Part shown: piece after piece, positions 23,899-32,000 of the stretch
How the letters are laid out: each line of letters opens with the position of its first letter
How positions within the stretch are numbered: position 1 is the first letter of the stretch
Assembly: GCA_025839675.1 (NCBI GenBank)
Contig: CP104013.1
Coordinates: 2,400,001-2,432,000, forward strand
Length of the DNA: 32,000 nucleotides
Origin: Candidatus Lokiarchaeum ossiferum
GTDB taxonomy: Archaea; Asgardarchaeota; Lokiarchaeia; Sigyniarchaeales; Promethearchaeaceae
Direction: 5' to 3'
Translations under genes and position numbers: made by a program
Notes under the pieces: generated by a model
What the model was told of the DNA's origin: nothing
Seen by the model: the letters and a program-made list of their open reading frames with translations, nothing else
Databases searched by the model: none

Positions 23899-23939
23899 TT
23901 TTGATCTTATATATTTAAAGATCAAAACATTTGATCTTA
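23899..23939. promoter_or_regulatory. Three TTTGATCT half-sites (direct, inverted, direct) flanking and overlapping a TATA box upstream of tusA-dsrEFH
   Basis: TTTTGATCTT at 23899..23908, AAGATCAAAA at 23918..23927 and TTTGATCTTA at 23930..23939. The minus strand between the first two reads TTTAAATATATAAG, a strong archaeal TATA-like box. Confidence 0.45.
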
Positions 23940-24275
23940 CTTATACAATTTAACTATATAAAATTTTGTTTCGAAATGCATAAGTAAAAAGAAAATTTGT
24001 TTGGAAAAATGCCATTAAACTGAACTTTTGTGAGTAAAATCGTCAAAAAATGAGACACAAAAAAGTGTACATTTGTATGGAATCATGATCACTTTCACAA
24101 AAAAAACTGACCGAGATTTCCGAATATGATCAATCGGATAAAAAAAGTGATCAACAACTATCACTATTGAAAGTGAAATTAGATTTAATAACTGAAAATA
24201 TTTGATTATCAAGAAAAGAGAAGAATCATTAAATCAAATTTGGGCACTATTCATTTCATCTACTAAAAATATATC

Positions 24276-25364
24276 CTAAAAATGCAAACCACATTTTGAG
24301 CAGAATTTACTATCTGGAAAATTATCCCCTCCACAAATGGGACAGAACTTAGACATCGGAGAAATATTTGTAGGATTCTTATGTGAATAAACAATTTTAC
24401 GATTGGGATCGACCTGAACAGAATTATTAGGGTAAATATGATTTGGAACATAATACCGAGGTACTTGGGGAGTTTGTTGGGGTTGAGGCTGTATGTAAGC
24501 TTTGTTGTTCGGTGGAGAAGAATAATTAGGACGAAGAGGAAAACTTGTGATAGGAGCAGGATATGACACTGGTGGAGAAATTGAACTATCAAAACCATAT
24601 TCCAATGTTTTAGCAGTTTGAAAAAACCCAATTAAGATAACTATGAATCCAGCTAAAACTATCAAAGGTTGGAAACCAAAAAACGGAATGACCACTAAAA
24701 AGATAGATCCATATTGACAAATACTCCCGATGAATATAAGATTAGTCGTCTTGTTAGGATCTTTCAAATATCTCTGATAGGAATATTTAGAAGTCACCAT
24801 ACCAATCCAAGTATGGAACTTAAAATACCCTATGACTTCAAAAATCGGAGGAAATATAGAAAAAATATTAGATCCAGATCCTATGGAAGAAATTTGTGAG
24901 AGCAATGCAGAAAGTTCTGCAAAGGTAGCATTTACAAAATCAAAATTTTGGATAATAACAACTAAACGTATATAATTTATGACCCCAATTATTAAAACTA
25001 TGATGGACAAGATGATTTTTATCACAAATAGCTTATAAATGTTCTTCAATATTTCTGATCCTACGGGACTAATCATGGACAGATTTTTGAATTCAGAAAC
25101 AAATTTATAGAAAAAGGCAAAGGAAATAAGACTAACAAGAGTATTGACTATAATTAAAGTAGTGGCAAGGTTAGTTGCCATAGAAATGAAATTGAGATGA
25201 GAATAACTTAGTAAGGTTGATAGATTTGATAACCCAATGAGAAATGTGACAATATATACTATTATCGGAAGAAATAAACTAACTAGAGCATAGGATCGAA
25301 GCCTATTTGCGAGTGCTGATGTGTCTATTGAATTTTCAGAAGTGGAAATCGGACTAGATTGCAA
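24276..25364 (-). CDS. Multi-pass membrane protein with a Pro/Tyr/Gln-rich linker and C-terminal zinc ribbon
   Basis: About 8 hydrophobic helices, then a P/Q/Y-rich segment (PPVSYPAPITSFPLRPNYSSPP...QPQPQQTPQVPRYYVP), then CPICGGDNFPDSKFCSKCG. The start is TTG. Confidence 0.6.
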   Translation of the reverse strand: MQSSPISTSENSIDTSALANRLRSYALVSLFLPIIVYIVTFLIGLSNLSTLLSYSHLNFISMATNLATTLIIVNTLVSLISFAFFYKFVSEFKNLSMISPVGSEILKNIYKLFVIKIILSIIVLIIGVINYIRLVVIIQNFDFVNATFAELSALLSQISSIGSGSNIFSIFPPIFEVIGYFKFHTWIGMVTSKYSYQRYLKDPNKTTNLIFIGSICQYGSIFLVVIPFFGFQPLIVLAGFIVILIGFFQTAKTLEYGFDSSISPPVSYPAPITSFPLRPNYSSPPNNKAYIQPQPQQTPQVPRYYVPNHIYPNNSVQVDPNRKIVYSHKNPTNISPMSKFCPICGGDNFPDSKFCSKCGLHF

Positions 25365-25594
25365 TTAAATTCACCTAATTGTTAATAAAATATAATTTTC
25401 AAGACTTTTCAATGTATCTTCTATGCGATTTCATTAAGTTTATTTGATTTTTTTTTAAATGGATCACAAATTTGGCTGGAAATCAAGGTTTTCAATCCCA
25501 TGTAAATACATTGTTTTTTTTTGATAACAAATGGGATACTAAATAATATTAAGCAGTAAAAGAAATTTGTATTTACTGAATAGAAGAGAATACT

Positions 25595-26146
25595 ATGAAT
25601 ATTTTACTACTAAATGGAAGTGCTTCGACTACTCAAACGGAGTTTGATCTATTTCTTCAGAGCTTTGAAGGGAAACTTGAAGAACTTGGACATCAAATTT
25701 CGCTTTTGACAATCAAAGACATGCAAATCAATTTTTGTATAGGATGTTTCGGATGTTGGGTGAAGCATCCAGGGAAATGTGTATTTAACGATGAACAGGA
25801 AAAAATATACCGAGCTGTCCTCAAGTCAGATCTTGTTATATTAGGGTCACCCTTAATAATGGGATTTATCAATTCCAATATTAAAAAGGTATGTGATCGC
25901 TTAATTCCATTATTAAGGCCGTATGTTGAGGTATTTAAAGGAGAAATTCGACATGTCCGAAGATATAAAAAATTTCCCAAGTTTGCACTCTTAGTTGAGA
26001 AGGAACTTGATACTGATGAAGAGGATTTAATACTATTGAAAGAAATTTTTGAGAGAACAACCCGAAATTTTCATACTCAATTGATTTATTTAAAAACAAC
26101 ACAAAATTCGATGGAGGAGATTGTTTATGCAACTATTGGCCATTAA
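25595..26146 (+). CDS. Flavodoxin-fold NAD(P)H-dependent FMN reductase / iron-sulfur-flavoprotein-like protein
   Basis: MNILLLNGSAS..., CIGCFGCWVKHPGKCVFND and SDLVILGSPLIMGFINSNIKKVCDRL fit the FMN_red/Isf-like pattern. Confidence 0.7.
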   Translation: MNILLLNGSASTTQTEFDLFLQSFEGKLEELGHQISLLTIKDMQINFCIGCFGCWVKHPGKCVFNDEQEKIYRAVLKSDLVILGSPLIMGFINSNIKKVCDRLIPLLRPYVEVFKGEIRHVRRYKKFPKFALLVEKELDTDEEDLILLKEIFERTTRNFHTQLIYLKTTQNSMEEIVYATIGH

Positions 26147-26789
26147 TGGATCACCAAGAGGGAAAAAATCCAACTCCCGTATAATATTGAAATCAATTAC
26201 AAGTGGAGCAGAGAGTGTAGAAAATTGGAGGACGGACACGATTTATTTAAATCAAGTGAGTTCCTATGAAGAGAGAATAGCTTCGATTACAATAGCTGAT
26301 GTGATTTTACTGATTTTTCCCCTTTATACAGATTCAATGCCAGGTATTGTGATGAAATTTATCGAAGTATTACAAAATAATCGTGAATGTATTGCACAAA
26401 AAAAAATTGGATTCATTATTCAATCAGGATTTCCTGAAAGGCACCACAGTGTCTTCATTCAGAAATATTTCATAAAACTGGCCCAGAAGTTAGATTGTTG
26501 TTATATAGGATCTGCTATTCTAGGAGGCATCGAAGGCATTCAGAACAGTTCTAAGGAAGAATTCGAAGAATATGATATTTTATTCACAGAAATAGGTAGA
26601 ATGATCGTATCTGAAGGGAAAATTGAAGAAGAAATGTTTGATTCTATCAAAGGACCATATAAATTTCCACGATGGGTCGCATTTCTTTTCAAATACATCA
26701 TGAAACTGAAAAAAGGACAATCTTTTTGGGATAATCAGCTGAAAACGAATAATGCCTATGAGCAACGATTTGAGCGCCCTTATGAATAA
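26127..26789 (+). CDS. Flavodoxin-fold NAD(P)H-dependent oxidoreductase, second tandem copy
   Basis: LLAINGSPRGKKSNSRIIL... and ADVILLIFPLYTDSMPGIVMKFIE. ATG 26127 has GGAGG about 10 nt upstream and overlaps the previous gene by 20 nt. Confidence 0.65.
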   Translation: MQLLAINGSPRGKKSNSRIILKSITSGAESVENWRTDTIYLNQVSSYEERIASITIADVILLIFPLYTDSMPGIVMKFIEVLQNNRECIAQKKIGFIIQSGFPERHHSVFIQKYFIKLAQKLDCCYIGSAILGGIEGIQNSSKEEFEEYDILFTEIGRMIVSEGKIEEEMFDSIKGPYKFPRWVAFLFKYIMKLKKGQSFWDNQLKTNNAYEQRFERPYE

Positions 26790-26824
26790 TGTATGGGAAA
26801 CAGAGAAAAAGTAACTCTGGATTT

Positions 26825-27448
26825 TTAGAACAATTTAAATAAAAATTTACCCAAGTTAGCCATCAATGGAGGGATTGCATTCAAAGGTACCCAATACAAT
26901 TGCAGTCGAATTCCACCATATTTTTTTATTTCTATAATATCATCAGGTAATAACCCAGAAGGATGGGGATCTTTTTCCAACCAATTCCAAGATGTTTTTG
27001 GTTGTTCTTCTACACAAATATGAAAGAAAAAGAAATTCAATTTAACGGGCTCTTCGATTTTTGGATATGAAATAAGCATTTCATCCTTTCCTAAATATTC
27101 CTTGATGAAAATTTTCGTTAATCCAGTTTCTTCTTGAACCTCTCTTAAAACTGCATCTTTCAAATCTTCTTTCGGTCCCACTGTTCCTTTTGGAACTTGA
27201 ATCCCAGCTTCTGGAAAATTAACATGAGAAAACACTAAAAGTTGCGAATTATATGTGATATAAGCAACTACTTTTTGTTGAATTCGCACAAGATCAACTA
27301 ATCCCCTATAGATAAAAAAAATTTTGAAATAACTTTGTTCAAAATCGATAAAATTTAATTCAAAAATAGGAAGGGTCGAATTAAATGTGAAATTGATGAA
27401 AATTAGCCCAATAATACCTAATAAGAGACATAAGATTGATGTTACCAT
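26825..27448 (-). CDS. NUDIX hydrolase with an N-terminal TM helix
   Basis: Nudix box GTVGPKEDLKDAVLREVQEETGL (Gx5Ex7REUxEExGU). The N-terminal segment VTSILCLLLGIIGLIFINF is hydrophobic. Confidence 0.8.
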   Translation of the reverse strand: MVTSILCLLLGIIGLIFINFTFNSTLPIFELNFIDFEQSYFKIFFIYRGLVDLVRIQQKVVAYITYNSQLLVFSHVNFPEAGIQVPKGTVGPKEDLKDAVLREVQEETGLTKIFIKEYLGKDEMLISYPKIEEPVKLNFFFFHICVEEQPKTSWNWLEKDPHPSGLLPDDIIEIKKYGGIRLQLYWVPLNAIPPLMANLGKFLFKLF

Positions 27449-27691
27449 TTTATTATCAAAGAAAGTTGAAATTTTTCCGAATATTCATATGAACTTTGCA
27501 TCAAATTGTTCGTTATATCTCAAATGTGAATAGAATTAAATTTTCTTGCCTTAATAAGAAAAAAAGAACTATTCGCAATTTTCACCCATAGAATGGAATA
27601 TAAACAAGAAGACCATGAAACACTTACAATACTGTAATACCAGAAACATGTTTAGGATGCAAAAAATTGATGTAATACATAAAGGTTTTCT

Positions 27692-30082
27692 ATGGGGAGT
27701 CAAGTTAGGATGCAAAATAATTCGATCGTAGAAGAAATTGATAAACTTCGAAAAGAGAATAAAAATTTGAGGAACCAACTCAACTCACTTCCAATATTAA
27801 ATCTAAGCTTTTTGGATTTAGTAGATAACATCATAATTGCTTTAGATGCGCAAGCTGAGGTCAAGTTCATCAATAAAGCTGGTGTAGAGTTGCTAGGTTA
27901 TCCAAAAAATGAAATTTTAGGAGAAAATTGGTTTGAAAAATTTCTTCCCCCAGCGATGAAAAAGGCAGTAATAGAAGTTTTTAATAAAATAATGAATAAA
28001 GAAATGGAATTTGTTGAATATTTTGAAAATTCAGTACTTGATAGGAATGGAAATGAACATTTGATCGGCTGGCACAATTCGTTCAATGTTGATCAGAATG
28101 GAAAAATTATACGTATTATTAGTGCAGGCGTGGATATTACCAAACGAACAAAAGCAGAAAAAGAGCTTAAGAAAGAAGGTGATTTTTTAACCACAGTATT
28201 AAATGCACAGCGCGATACCTTTTTTTTATTTGATCCAATAACAAGAAGAGCCATTCGATGGAACAAAGCATTCCAAGAAATTAGCGGTTATTCTGACAAG
28301 GAAATCGCAATATTAAAAGCCCCAGATTCATATTATGATGAGGAAACATTACAGAAAATAGCAAAATATCTGGATATAATAATTAATACAGGAAGTGGGC
28401 AAATCGAAGCAGATTTAATAGTCAAAGACGGCAACATAATTCCATTTGAATACCAAGTCTCCACAATCAAAGATGAAAATGGAAATGTAAAATATTTTGT
28501 TTCAATTGGACGGGACATTGCAGAGTGGAAGATTGCACAACAGCAATTAGCCTCAGAAAAAGAGAACTTGGCGGTCACTCTTCGAAATATAGGAGAAGGA
28601 GTCATCACGATCAATCGCTATGGAAAAATATTAATATTTAATGAGATGGCTGAAGAAATCACAAATCATTCCTATGAAGAAGCAATTGGAAAAAATATTT
28701 TGGATATATTACCTTTGAATTTGGCAACTCAAAAGGGTACAGCAATGAATTTATTAACAAAAGCTTTATCACTCCATTCCAGAGAGAAATATCAAGGAAC
28801 TTCCATTTTAAAAATGTCTGGCGGGAGTCAAAAAATAATCGATTATAGCATCGCCCCTATAAATAATGGAGAGCAAGGAAATATTGGTTATGTCATCGCA
28901 TTTAGAGATATTTCGATTCAACGACGATTAGAAGAAGAACTTAATCGAAATCAAAGTATCGAATCCATTGGATTGTTAGCCGGGGGAATTGCCCATGATT
29001 TCAACAATATCTTGACTGCAATTCTTGGGAATATTACTTTAGCTAAAATGGAAGCAGAAGAGAATACAGATCTTCTAGAAAGCTTACAAGATGCAGAAAA
29101 GGGAGCCAACCAAGCCCAACGTTTAACAAATCAGTTACTCACTTTTTCAAAGGGAGGGGCTCCAATCAAAGAAGTTGCATCAACAGAGAATTTAATCAAA
29201 GAAGCAGCACGATTTTCCCTCCATGGATCAAGTATTGGGGTCGAGTTTGATATAGAAAATGAAATATGGAACATCAATGTAGATAAAGGACAATTTGGAC
29301 AGGTTATGCAAAATATAGTTCTAAATGCTGTTCAAGCCATGGATGGAAAAGGCATTATCAAAATATCTGCGACTAATTATGAAATTATACAGGACCAAAA
29401 GTTTTTGCATGAAGGGAAATATGTTAATATTCGAATACAAGATACGGGTATAGGTATTTCCGCAGAAAATTTACCAAAAATATTTGATCTCTATTTTTCA
29501 ACAAAGAAGGGACAAAATTTTCATGCTGGAAATGGGCTGGGATTACCAGTCTCTCGCTCAATAATCAAAAAGCATGGAGGTACTATTGATGTAGAATCGG
29601 AGGAAGGAATGGGGACCACTTTTTCTTTCTTCTTTCCTGCCATCGAGCCGAATGGGAAATCAATTAAAAAGCAAAAGCAAGATTTAACTGTTAAAAATCA
29701 GAATTCAAACCAAAGAAAAATCCTTGTTTTAGAAGATGAACCCTTGGTGACGAAAGTTCTTGCAACAATGCTCCGGAAATTGAACTATGTGAGTGATTTT
29801 ACAACCGAAGGAGATATTACCATTAAAAAATATTTTCAAAAACTCAAAGAAAATGATCCCTATGATGTTTTGATCCTTGATTTAACAATTCCAGGTGCTT
29901 TGGGAGGATTAGACACATTTAATGCGTTGAAGAAAATCGATCCTAATTTGAAAGCCATCGTCTCTAGTGGATACGCCACAGGTAATATTATGAGTCATTA
30001 TGAAGAGTTTGGATTCAAAGGGATGTTAGTCAAACCTTACACCATTGGTGAGCTGAAAGAAGTCTTGTTAAATGTGCTATAA
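27692..30082 (+). CDS. Hybrid sensor histidine kinase: coiled coil, three PAS domains, HisKA, HATPase_c, receiver
   Basis: Three PAS-like repeats, H-box GIAHDFNNILTAILG, G-boxes GNGLGLPVSRSIIKKHGGTIDVESEEGMGTTF, and a receiver ILVLEDEP...VLILDLTIPG...LVKPY. Confidence 0.9.
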   Translation: MGSQVRMQNNSIVEEIDKLRKENKNLRNQLNSLPILNLSFLDLVDNIIIALDAQAEVKFINKAGVELLGYPKNEILGENWFEKFLPPAMKKAVIEVFNKIMNKEMEFVEYFENSVLDRNGNEHLIGWHNSFNVDQNGKIIRIISAGVDITKRTKAEKELKKEGDFLTTVLNAQRDTFFLFDPITRRAIRWNKAFQEISGYSDKEIAILKAPDSYYDEETLQKIAKYLDIIINTGSGQIEADLIVKDGNIIPFEYQVSTIKDENGNVKYFVSIGRDIAEWKIAQQQLASEKENLAVTLRNIGEGVITINRYGKILIFNEMAEEITNHSYEEAIGKNILDILPLNLATQKGTAMNLLTKALSLHSREKYQGTSILKMSGGSQKIIDYSIAPINNGEQGNIGYVIAFRDISIQRRLEEELNRNQSIESIGLLAGGIAHDFNNILTAILGNITLAKMEAEENTDLLESLQDAEKGANQAQRLTNQLLTFSKGGAPIKEVASTENLIKEAARFSLHGSSIGVEFDIENEIWNINVDKGQFGQVMQNIVLNAVQAMDGKGIIKISATNYEIIQDQKFLHEGKYVNIRIQDTGIGISAENLPKIFDLYFSTKKGQNFHAGNGLGLPVSRSIIKKHGGTIDVESEEGMGTTFSFFFPAIEPNGKSIKKQKQDLTVKNQNSNQRKILVLEDEPLVTKVLATMLRKLNYVSDFTTEGDITIKKYFQKLKENDPYDVLILDLTIPGALGGLDTFNALKKIDPNLKAIVSSGYATGNIMSHYEEFGFKGMLVKPYTIGELKEVLLNVL

Positions 30083-30105
30083 AATAAAAAAAATTTTGAT
30101 GAAAG

Positions 30106-31107
30106 TTATTTTCGCATTTCGTCTTTGTGATACACGTTTGGTTCATATCCCCACGGCCATTGTGGGGAGTTGTTCAAGACATTCTCAATTAAAAGTAAAA
30201 TTTCGGAAGTCAACTCAATAGAAGAAGCTTCAACATTCTCAATCACCTGTTCTGGTCTGGTTGCCCCAATTATTGCGGCCGAAATTTCAGGACGGCGGAG
30301 AATCCATGCTAATGCTAGTTGACTTGTTTTTATATTTAATGATTTTGCAATTTCACCAAGCTTTCGAACTTGTGCAAGTTTTTCTTCGGTGATTTGAGAT
30401 TTCATATTTTCAGAGCTGGAGGCTCGACTACCTTCTGGAATACCATTATTGTACTTCCCCGTTAATAATCCTTGCGCTAACGGGCTCCAGACTGTAAATC
30501 CCATACCATGAGTTTTTGCAACTTTCATGATTTCAAGTTCTATATGACGAGTAAACATATTATAGGCTGGTTGTTCCACAATGGGTTTATATTGTTTATT
30601 TTCTTTAGCAATGGCATTCACCCGTTCTAATTGGGCTGCAGTCCACATGGAGGTTCCCCAATATCGAATTTTTCCTTCATGAATTAGATCATTAATTACA
30701 TCCACGGTTTCATGCAATGGAGTGGTATAATCATACCGATGCATATAGTATAAGTCCACATAATCAGTATTCAAGCGATCCAAGCTTTCTTCTATAGCAG
30801 TTAGGATATTCTTCCGACCCAAGCCCCATCGATTGATATCCTCATTCATTGGCCAAAACACTTTACTCGAAATTACAAGATGTTTCCGATCCACAGTTTC
30901 ACGAGCTAAAAATTCTCCAATGAGTTGTTCAGCTTTTCCTTTAGCATAGATCTCTGCACTGTCAATAAAATTAATGCCATGATCTAAAGCGGTTTCCATG
31001 CATTTGAAAGTTTGCTCTTTATCAACATTGTGGCCATAGGTCAGCCACGAACCCAAAGCAATTTCGCTAATTCGTAACCCAGATTTTCCTACTCTTCGAT
31101 ATTTCAT
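30106..31107 (-). CDS. Aldo/keto reductase (Kv-beta / YajO-like subgroup)
   Basis: MKYRRVGKSGLRISEIALGSWLTYG, FIDSAEIYAKGKAE, DLYYMHRYD and the AAIIGATRPEQV pattern. Confidence 0.9.
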   Translation of the reverse strand: MKYRRVGKSGLRISEIALGSWLTYGHNVDKEQTFKCMETALDHGINFIDSAEIYAKGKAEQLIGEFLARETVDRKHLVISSKVFWPMNEDINRWGLGRKNILTAIEESLDRLNTDYVDLYYMHRYDYTTPLHETVDVINDLIHEGKIRYWGTSMWTAAQLERVNAIAKENKQYKPIVEQPAYNMFTRHIELEIMKVAKTHGMGFTVWSPLAQGLLTGKYNNGIPEGSRASSSENMKSQITEEKLAQVRKLGEIAKSLNIKTSQLALAWILRRPEISAAIIGATRPEQVIENVEASSIELTSEILLLIENVLNNSPQWPWGYEPNVYHKDEMRK

Positions 31108-31263
31108 TTTTCCTCATCTTTTGAAGACAATTACAATAATTTGGGGTTATTCCTATAAAAGGAAATCTCTTACAATTTGTAATTTGTCGAGATAAATTAC
31201 TTTCAATTTAGAAATTTTCTTCTCAGAAATCAACCAAATAGGAAGTATAACCTTCAAAATCCC

Positions 31264-31860
31264 ATGGTATATAATTTAATCAGAAAACATATGACAAATT
31301 CACCAGAAATAACATTTGATATGGTCACAACAAAAGGCGGAGATAAGGGAAATACTTCCCTCTATGATGGGACTCGTGTTCCTAAAAATGATAATTTAAT
31401 CCACTTTCTTGGGACCATGGATACCTTCACATCCTTTCTTGGATTAGCGAAAGCAAAAACCAACCAAATCCAGTTTTTAAGATCTGAGGAAGTGGCACTT
31501 TTCATAGAGAATGTGCAGCAACGAATTATTTATTTAAATGGAATGGCAGCATCCCCTCATGATAAGAAACCAGGAAATCCGATTGTGGAAGAGGATATCC
31601 ATTTCTTAGAAGAATTTGAAAAATCTTTAATGGAAAAGCTCCAATTGAATCCCCAGTTTATAATTCAAGGTATGTCCGAATTATCTGCCACTTATGATGT
31701 CGCACGGACTTTTTGCCGAGAGGCAGAACGACGAATAGTTGAATTAATTTTTGACCAGAATCGGAGGGATTTACAAACACCTCAGAAATTTCTGAATCGA
31801 TTGGCCGATGTGATTTATATTATCGCCCGATTTATTGACCAAAATTATCTAGAAAAATAA
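31264..31860 (+). CDS. PduO-type ATP:cob(I)alamin adenosyltransferase
   Basis: TKGGDKGNTSLYDGTRVPKNDNLIHFLGTMDTFTSFLGLA and FLNRLADVIYIIARF are the PduO/MMAB family signatures. The true start may be ATG 31291 or 31321. Confidence 0.85.
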   Translation: MVYNLIRKHMTNSPEITFDMVTTKGGDKGNTSLYDGTRVPKNDNLIHFLGTMDTFTSFLGLAKAKTNQIQFLRSEEVALFIENVQQRIIYLNGMAASPHDKKPGNPIVEEDIHFLEEFEKSLMEKLQLNPQFIIQGMSELSATYDVARTFCREAERRIVELIFDQNRRDLQTPQKFLNRLADVIYIIARFIDQNYLEK

Positions 31861-31926
31861 GATATATGAAAAAGGAGGTTTTAATTTGGAGCGAATGGAA
31901 CTATACAGTTCAAAAAGTGAAAAAAA

Positions 31927-32000
31927 TTAAAGACGACGCTTTATCCACCAACCAATGGCAGACAACCCAAGAATAGCACCACCTGTACCACCAAAGATGA
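31927..32000 (-). CDS. 3' end of a CDS running into the window from the right; C-terminal TM anchor
   Basis: The minus-strand frame reads ...IFGGTGGAILGLSAIGWWIKRRL-stop (TAA at 31927..31929). Only 24 codons are visible, so coding status is weakly supported. Confidence 0.3.
   Translation of the reverse strand, partial: IFGGTGGAILGLSAIGWWIKRRL

Noticed and set aside
24015-24631. ORFs 24015..24212 (-) and 24263..24631 (-)
   Set aside because: The first lies in the A/T-rich tusA upstream spacer and has a low-complexity hydrophobic translation. The second is an alternate frame fully inside the better-supported 24276..25364 membrane-protein CDS.
1-32000. Mobile elements, integrases, toxin-antitoxin pairs, CRISPR-Cas or known defence-system signatures
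   Set aside because: No transposase/integrase/Cas-like translations, long terminal inverted repeats or spacer-repeat arrays were visible. The NurA-like and NYN-RNase genes are isolated, with no partner genes suggesting a defence operon. They are reported only as lower-interest observations.

Overview
AT-rich archaeal chromosomal window with about 35 protein genes, one 5S rRNA, and no CRISPR array, transposase/integrase or tRNA that I could find by eye. Archaeal housekeeping genes are present: the 3' part of an archaeal-type GluRS, proteasome beta subunit, a NOP2/Sun RNA methyltransferase, a NurA-like nuclease and an unlinked 5S rRNA. These sit beside two Rab/Ras-like small GTPases, a Zc3h12a-type NYN RNase and a long acidic low-complexity insert. 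Together this suggests an Asgard (Lokiarchaeia-like) genome; that lineage call is inference from gene content, not a database result. The centrepiece is a roughly 10.5 kb run of 13 genes, all on the minus strand (13400-23873): tusA, dsrE/F/H-like, a DsrE3-like COG2210-type gene, lrp, tightly coupled hdrC-hdrB-hdrA-mvhD, a NiFe-hydrogenase small-subunit-like FeS protein with no large subunit, an FrhB protein split by a GltD/NfnB-like flavoprotein insertion, and a second tusA. I read this as a hydrogenase-independent, methanogen-type (bifurcating) heterodisulfide reductase wired to a protein-persulfide relay. That would be a candidate answer to what Hdr reduces in archaea lacking CoM-S-S-CoB. 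About 1.5 kb away lies a fusion of a GcvH-like (lipoyl-carrier-like) domain to a Rab-like GTPase. This is notable because GcvH-like lipoate-binding proteins are obligatory partners of the bacterial/archaeal sulfur-oxidising sHdr systems. Other observations are candidate operator and repeat motifs at the hdrC and tusA promoters, tandem Cys-tailed Lrp-like paralogues, an FHA-like::NYN RNase, and an orphan NurA. All domain calls come from motif recognition by eye on the supplied translations; no HMM, BLAST or structure search was run.
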